From: an uncultured bacterium
Lineage (GTDB): Bacteria; Schekmanbacteria; GWA2-38-11; J061
Direction: 5' to 3'
Length of the DNA stretch: 63,529 bases
NCBI GenBank assembly: GCA_964549305.1
Contig: CAZJVM010000005.1
Coordinates: forward strand, 10,524-74,052
Numbering within the stretch: position 1 is the stretch's first letter; each line of letters opens with the position of its first letter. The position numbers were made by a program, and so were the translations under genes. Of the stretch, positions 59,497 to 63,529 are shown piece by piece. The notes beneath the pieces were generated by a model that was given only the letters and a program-made list of their open reading frames with translations, had not been told where the DNA came from and ran no database searches.

Positions 59497-60903
59497 TTAA
59501 ATGTCAAATATTTTACCCGGATTCATTATATTTAAAGGATCAAATGATTTTTTTATATCTTTTAACAGTTTTATCTGCGCTTTTTCAAGAGAAATAGGCA
59601 AGTAATTCTTTCTAATAGCGCCGATTCCGTGCTCTGCCGCTATTTGTCCGCCAAGTCCCACAGCTTTTATATAAATTTCCCTGCAAAAACCGGAATAGCG
59701 CTCAAGCCATTCGCTCTCGCTCAAATCTCCGGGAAACATCGTAAGATGAATATTGCCGTCTCCGGCGTGTCCGAAACAGGATGCCTCAAAGCCCTCTTTT
59801 TCAGAAAGCGCTTTTATGGCAGTGAGAAGTTCGGGAATCGATGCCCTGGGCACCACGGGGTCCATGCTTCTGCACAAAAGACTCCTCTCTCCTGCCGCCT
59901 CAAAAAGACATCGGCGAAATTTCCACAACCTCTCCCTGCTCGAAGTTCCCTTTGCAACCAAAACATCCGTTGCGTTATTTACATCACAACTCTCCTCGAT
60001 AGTCTGCATTTCTCTTTCAAGCTCATTTTCGTCATTCCCGTTAAGGGCAAAAAGAAGATGCGCCCTGGCATCGGGAAAAGGCGGTTTTTCCTTGAGATAC
60101 TCCTCACCAAGCTTCAGCGATGAATTGTCCATAAGCTCAACTGCCGTTGGGATGACTCTTTTCTTCAGAAGAAGCGAAACCGTGCGCGAGGCATCCTCAA
60201 CGGAATCAAAAGCAACGAGAAGGTCAATTCTTCTTCCGGGAAGAGGCAGGAGGCGAAGCGTTGCCCTGGTGATAATTCCAAGAGTGCCTTCCGAACCCAC
60301 GAAAAACTGCGTGAGACTGTAGCCCGTCGCATCCTTTACGATTTTTCCGCCTGTTCTGATTACATCCCCCGAAGGAAGCACCACCTCGAGTCCGCATACA
60401 TAATCCTTTGTGGTGCCGTATTTTACTGCATAGGGACCTCCCGCGCCTTCGGCTATATTTCCCCCGATACTGCAACTGTCAAGACTTGCCGGGTCAGGAG
60501 GATAGAAAAGCCCTTCGTTTTCCACATAGCGGTGAAAATTGCCCGTGATTATTCCCTGCTCCACTTCCGCCATAAGATTATCGAGGTCAAGGTCTATGAT
60601 ATTGCTCATTCTTTCCGTTGAAATAACCATACCACCGAAAAGAGGCACCGCGCCTCCGCTTAATCCATACCCCAAACCGCGAGGTGTTACGGGAATCTTC
60701 TCTTCATTCGCAATTTTTACGGCGCATTGGATTTGCCCGGTTTCCCTTGCCTTGATTATCACATCAGGACGTGCTTCAAGTCCCTTGGTCTGATCCCTTG
60801 AATATGTATCGAGGGCGTCTTCATCGCAGAAAACGAGGTCATCTCCGAGCTCGCTTTCAAGACGTGATACCAATTTGTCGTCAACTTTTCCGTATTGCCA
60901 CAT
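59497..60903 (-). CDS. FAD-linked oxidase, GlcD/D-lactate dehydrogenase family
   Basis: PRG.G.GLSGG, YPPDPAS, GSEGTLG, GHAGDGNIH, EHGIG, NPGK. Confidence 0.9.
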   Translation of the reverse strand: MWQYGKVDDKLVSRLESELGDDLVFCDEDALDTYSRDQTKGLEARPDVIIKARETGQIQCAVKIANEEKIPVTPRGLGYGLSGGAVPLFGGMVISTERMSNIIDLDLDNLMAEVEQGIITGNFHRYVENEGLFYPPDPASLDSCSIGGNIAEGAGGPYAVKYGTTKDYVCGLEVVLPSGDVIRTGGKIVKDATGYSLTQFFVGSEGTLGIITRATLRLLPLPGRRIDLLVAFDSVEDASRTVSLLLKKRVIPTAVELMDNSSLKLGEEYLKEKPPFPDARAHLLFALNGNDENELEREMQTIEESCDVNNATDVLVAKGTSSRERLWKFRRCLFEAAGERSLLCRSMDPVVPRASIPELLTAIKALSEKEGFEASCFGHAGDGNIHLTMFPGDLSESEWLERYSGFCREIYIKAVGLGGQIAAEHGIGAIRKNYLPISLEKAQIKLLKDIKKSFDPLNIMNPGKIFDI

Positions 60904-61111
60904 AACTTTTTCTAAATATCCAATCGAATAATTTTAAACATCGTTCAGCATTTAACCAAATTTCTCCTTATTTTCAACTATTAACTTTGTCCTTAGCGGT
61001 TAGTCAGTTTCTCCGCTCCAAAAGGGCTTTTTCAATAACTTTCGTTGCCATATGTTTCTTTTTTTACTATACGACTTCTGCCTTCTCTCTAAATTTAAGG
61101 AACGGATAAAG

Positions 61112-61849
61112 ATGGGTAATTTTTTTTGGGACGAAAGAAAAGTCGAATGGTATGACAGAGCGCTCGAGGAAAGTGATTTTTCCGAAAAGATTCTAAAGAT
61201 AGCAAAACCTCTTTTAAAATCCTTCTCAAGCATCATAGACATAGGCGCAGGATGCGGACCTCTGACAATACCTCTTGCCGAGGCAGGGTTTCAGGTAACC
61301 GCCCTTGAGCCGTCATCAGCAATGATTAATAAAATACGTCAAAAAGTTTCCTCAAAAAAACTCGAAAATGTCAGTTTCATAGAATCAAAGCTCGAGGATT
61401 GCAGACCTGGTCATCATGACGCAGTTATTGTGGCAAACGTGAGAAAGATATTTTTAAACATTGAAAGTTTTCTCGATGCCCTTAAGGATATCACTCCGAA
61501 AATAACGATTCTTGTTGTGGGTGCTGACACCAAGAACAACAAATTCTTTTTCAGCGACCTCTATCCGATACTTTTCAATAAAGAGTATCCGGAAAAAGAA
61601 AACCATCTCAGAGTTTTTGAAAAACTTACCGGGATGGGATTAAATGCCCAATCTTCAGTTATTGACCTCAATATTGACCAACCCTTTATTGACCTTGATG
61701 AAGCAGTTGAATTCTGGAAGGCATATCTTGACATAGAAGATTCTTCGCACGATGAAACACTGCGGAAGTTTCTCTCCGAAAAACTTGTAAAACGGGGAAA
61801 ATGGCTCATCGCGGAGGTAAAGAAAAAAAGCGCCGTCATATGGTGGTAA
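61112..61849 (+). CDS. Class I SAM-dependent methyltransferase
   Basis: IIDIGAGCG motif I, ALEPS..M. Start set at ATG 61112 (ORF-track 61052). Confidence 0.85.
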   Translation: MGNFFWDERKVEWYDRALEESDFSEKILKIAKPLLKSFSSIIDIGAGCGPLTIPLAEAGFQVTALEPSSAMINKIRQKVSSKKLENVSFIESKLEDCRPGHHDAVIVANVRKIFLNIESFLDALKDITPKITILVVGADTKNNKFFFSDLYPILFNKEYPEKENHLRVFEKLTGMGLNAQSSVIDLNIDQPFIDLDEAVEFWKAYLDIEDSSHDETLRKFLSEKLVKRGKWLIAEVKKKSAVIWW

Positions 61850-61903
61850 TTCCACTGAAAATATGGGCGCTTAAAAGGGTGTTTCAAAAAAAGAAGAAAA
61901 TAA

Positions 61904-62092
61904 TCAGGCAGATGCCTTCGCCATTGTTCTCAGACAACGGGTGCAGATTTTAACGGTTTTTGTCTTACCGTTAACCTCTATTCTCTTTTTCTGAAGATTC
62001 GGATTAAACCTGCGGTTTGTCACATTATGGGCGTGACTTACATTGTGGCCGAATTGAGGACCTTTACCGCATATATCACATTTCATTGCCAT
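61904..62092 (-). CDS. rpmB: 50S ribosomal protein L28 (Zn-ribbon, C+ type)
   Basis: [17 protein letters not shown]...RRF.PNLQ...CTRCLR; RBS GGAGG. Confidence 0.95.
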   Translation of the reverse strand: MAMKCDICGKGPQFGHNVSHAHNVTNRRFNPNLQKKRIEVNGKTKTVKICTRCLRTMAKASA

Positions 62093-62297
62093 TTAAATAC
62101 CTCCGTACTTCTTTCTCTGCTTCGAGCAGGCAGAAAAATATTAAACCAAGATTTGCCTATGAAACACATTAATGGTTTTTTTGCAAGAAATTTATTTCAT
62201 AAGCGCCAAATATAAATTGTATATTTTTTGTGTTTTTATATACAATATCAATATGTGATACTTTGAATTAACATATTGTTTTTAAAAGAATATTTAT

Positions 62298-63503
62298 ATG
62301 AACAGCTTTCAGTTTATAAGACTCATAAATTCGATTTACGGCAAAGGAATGCCCGATATTGAATGGATTCAGAAACTCGGTCTTCTTGCAATCAAGATTG
62401 CGCAGGTGCACGCCCTGAGGATAGATTTTCTTGAAAGAGAAAAGTGCGAAGAGTTGGCAAAACTTTACAGGGCAAATGTCTTTCTTCCCGCAGAAAACAT
62501 AAAACAGATAATAACTGACCGTCAGGGTGCGGAATTTCTCGGCAATTTTGAATTTTTCAACGAGACTCCCGTTGCAAGCGCGTCAGTGGGACAGGTGCAC
62601 AGGGCAACTCTTGCCGATGGAAAGGATGTGGCGGTAAAGGTCGTAAAGAAAAATTTCAAAGATAATTTCATAAGGGATGTCAACTCGGTATCCAAACTAT
62701 TTAAATTCATTACATTGCTTTATCCGCGAATCAAACAGGTGGGAGACCCTATCGGAATCTTGAACGACATCCGCGAATATACCCTGAATGAGCTCAATTT
62801 AAGGAATGAGCTCGAGGGGCATAACATCCTTGAAAAAATATATGAAGAAAACAAGAACAAGTTTGACCTCTCGAACCTTCGCTTTGCAAAGATATACGAA
62901 AAACTGAGCAGTGAAAATATTCTCGTTTCAGAGTTCATAGAAGGAAAAACCTTCGATGAGCTTCTTGAAACTTCCTCTCTCGGCTATCCGGAATTGCTCA
63001 GGCTTTTTCACATTCACGGATTTTATCTATTTATAATAGGCACTTTCCACGGCGACATTCATCCCGGGAATATCATATTTCACGACAATAAAATCTATTT
63101 CATCGATACGGGATATATCGGCTATGTGGGAACTAAAATTCGAAAAGGACTATTCTCTTTTTTTGAAGGTTTGAGCAGTTACGATTATGAAAAGTGCGCC
63201 TATTCCCTCAATAAAATGTCGGAGCCCGAAATTTCAGGCAGCGCCTATAAAGAGTTTCAAAAAACTTTTATCCAATTATACGGTGATTTTACCAATAAGA
63301 CAGTTTCCGAAATATCGCTCACAAAGAAGATGATGCAAACCATAAAGCTCGGAGTGAAAAGCGGAATGGTATTCGAAAAGGGCATATTCGCCATCATAAG
63401 AAGCCTGATGTATCTTGACGGAATGGTTTTACGCTGCAATCCCGACGCGGTGCTGATGAAGGATATGAAACAGTATATCGAAGAATTTAAAAAAGTTATT
63501 TGA
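62298..63503 (+). CDS. AarF/ABC1/UbiB atypical kinase family protein
   Basis: IKIAQ (KxGQ-like), ASASVGQVH, VAVKV, HGDIHPGN, IDTG. Confidence 0.88.
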   Translation: MNSFQFIRLINSIYGKGMPDIEWIQKLGLLAIKIAQVHALRIDFLEREKCEELAKLYRANVFLPAENIKQIITDRQGAEFLGNFEFFNETPVASASVGQVHRATLADGKDVAVKVVKKNFKDNFIRDVNSVSKLFKFITLLYPRIKQVGDPIGILNDIREYTLNELNLRNELEGHNILEKIYEENKNKFDLSNLRFAKIYEKLSSENILVSEFIEGKTFDELLETSSLGYPELLRLFHIHGFYLFIIGTFHGDIHPGNIIFHDNKIYFIDTGYIGYVGTKIRKGLFSFFEGLSSYDYEKCAYSLNKMSEPEISGSAYKEFQKTFIQLYGDFTNKTVSEISLTKKMMQTIKLGVKSGMVFEKGIFAIIRSLMYLDGMVLRCNPDAVLMKDMKQYIEEFKKVI

Positions 63504-63529
63504 TTCCTTTTAAATTTTCATATCAAATC

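Noticed and set aside
58575-60903. FAD oxidase plus SDR as a DprE1/DprE2 pair serving the DPPR-synthase-like UbiA
   Set aside because: The oxidase has clear GlcD/D-LDH metal-site motifs (GHAGDGNIH, EHGIG), and the SDR is the atypical NmrA-like type rather than a classical DprE2-like SDR.
60904-61060. Possible glycine riboswitch, or tiny TGA-containing (selenocysteine) ORFs on the minus strand upstream of the GlcD-like gene (AAGGAG-N4-TTG GTT AAA TGC TGA; MATKVIEKALLERRN-TGA)
   Set aside because: Only a loose GGAGA...AAGGA resemblance, with no CUCAGG core or paired stems. The ORFs are very short, with no SECIS-like hairpin or known selenoprotein context.

Overview
Gene-dense bacterial chromosomal segment, AT-rich by eye, with about 58 CDS. 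I found no rRNA, tRNA, CRISPR array or recognisable mobile element. The lineage cannot be assigned from the sequence alone; c-type haem proteins, a lipoprotein and a tungsten-type AOR suggest a diderm anaerobe or facultative anaerobe. Contents in order: (1) a surface-glycosylation locus (O-antigen-ligase/TPR protein, WecA/TagO-type transferase, epimerase, four GT4, one GT2, one GT-C); (2) housekeeping genes aroB, tyrS, glnB, trpC, tal, priA; (3) a hybrid histidine kinase with a periplasmic CxxCH; (4) a redox block (geranylgeranyl-reductase-family flavoprotein, TetR, AOR, MoaD, a decayed FrhB-like Fe-S gene, an SDR); (5) ArnT/TPR/VanZ; (6) a full chemosensory cluster cheY-cheX-(CheC/X-REC)-cheA-cheW-(mini-MCP)-cheR-cheD-cheB-HDOD-(haem-c MCP); (7) a FimT-like pilin, ogt, an MFS transporter, aroF; (8) epimerase, GT2 and a DPPR-synthase-like UbiA; (9) purE and oppABC; (10) a secreted hexahaem cytochrome, then AKR, SDR, GlcD-like oxidase, methyltransferase, rpmB and a UbiB/ABC1 kinase. 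Top findings: the hexahaem cytochrome matches, motif by motif, the Geobacter OmcS nanowire architecture as I recall it, including the His that bridges subunits. CheA has two Hpt domains and an MshEN-like (c-di-GMP) insert in place of P2. A 108-aa MCP is collapsed in frame to TM1 plus the last methylation helix. Two independent haem-c sensors lie in the same window. Together these suggest a possible extracellular-electron-transfer and redox-taxis capacity. All family calls come from motif recognition, not database searches.
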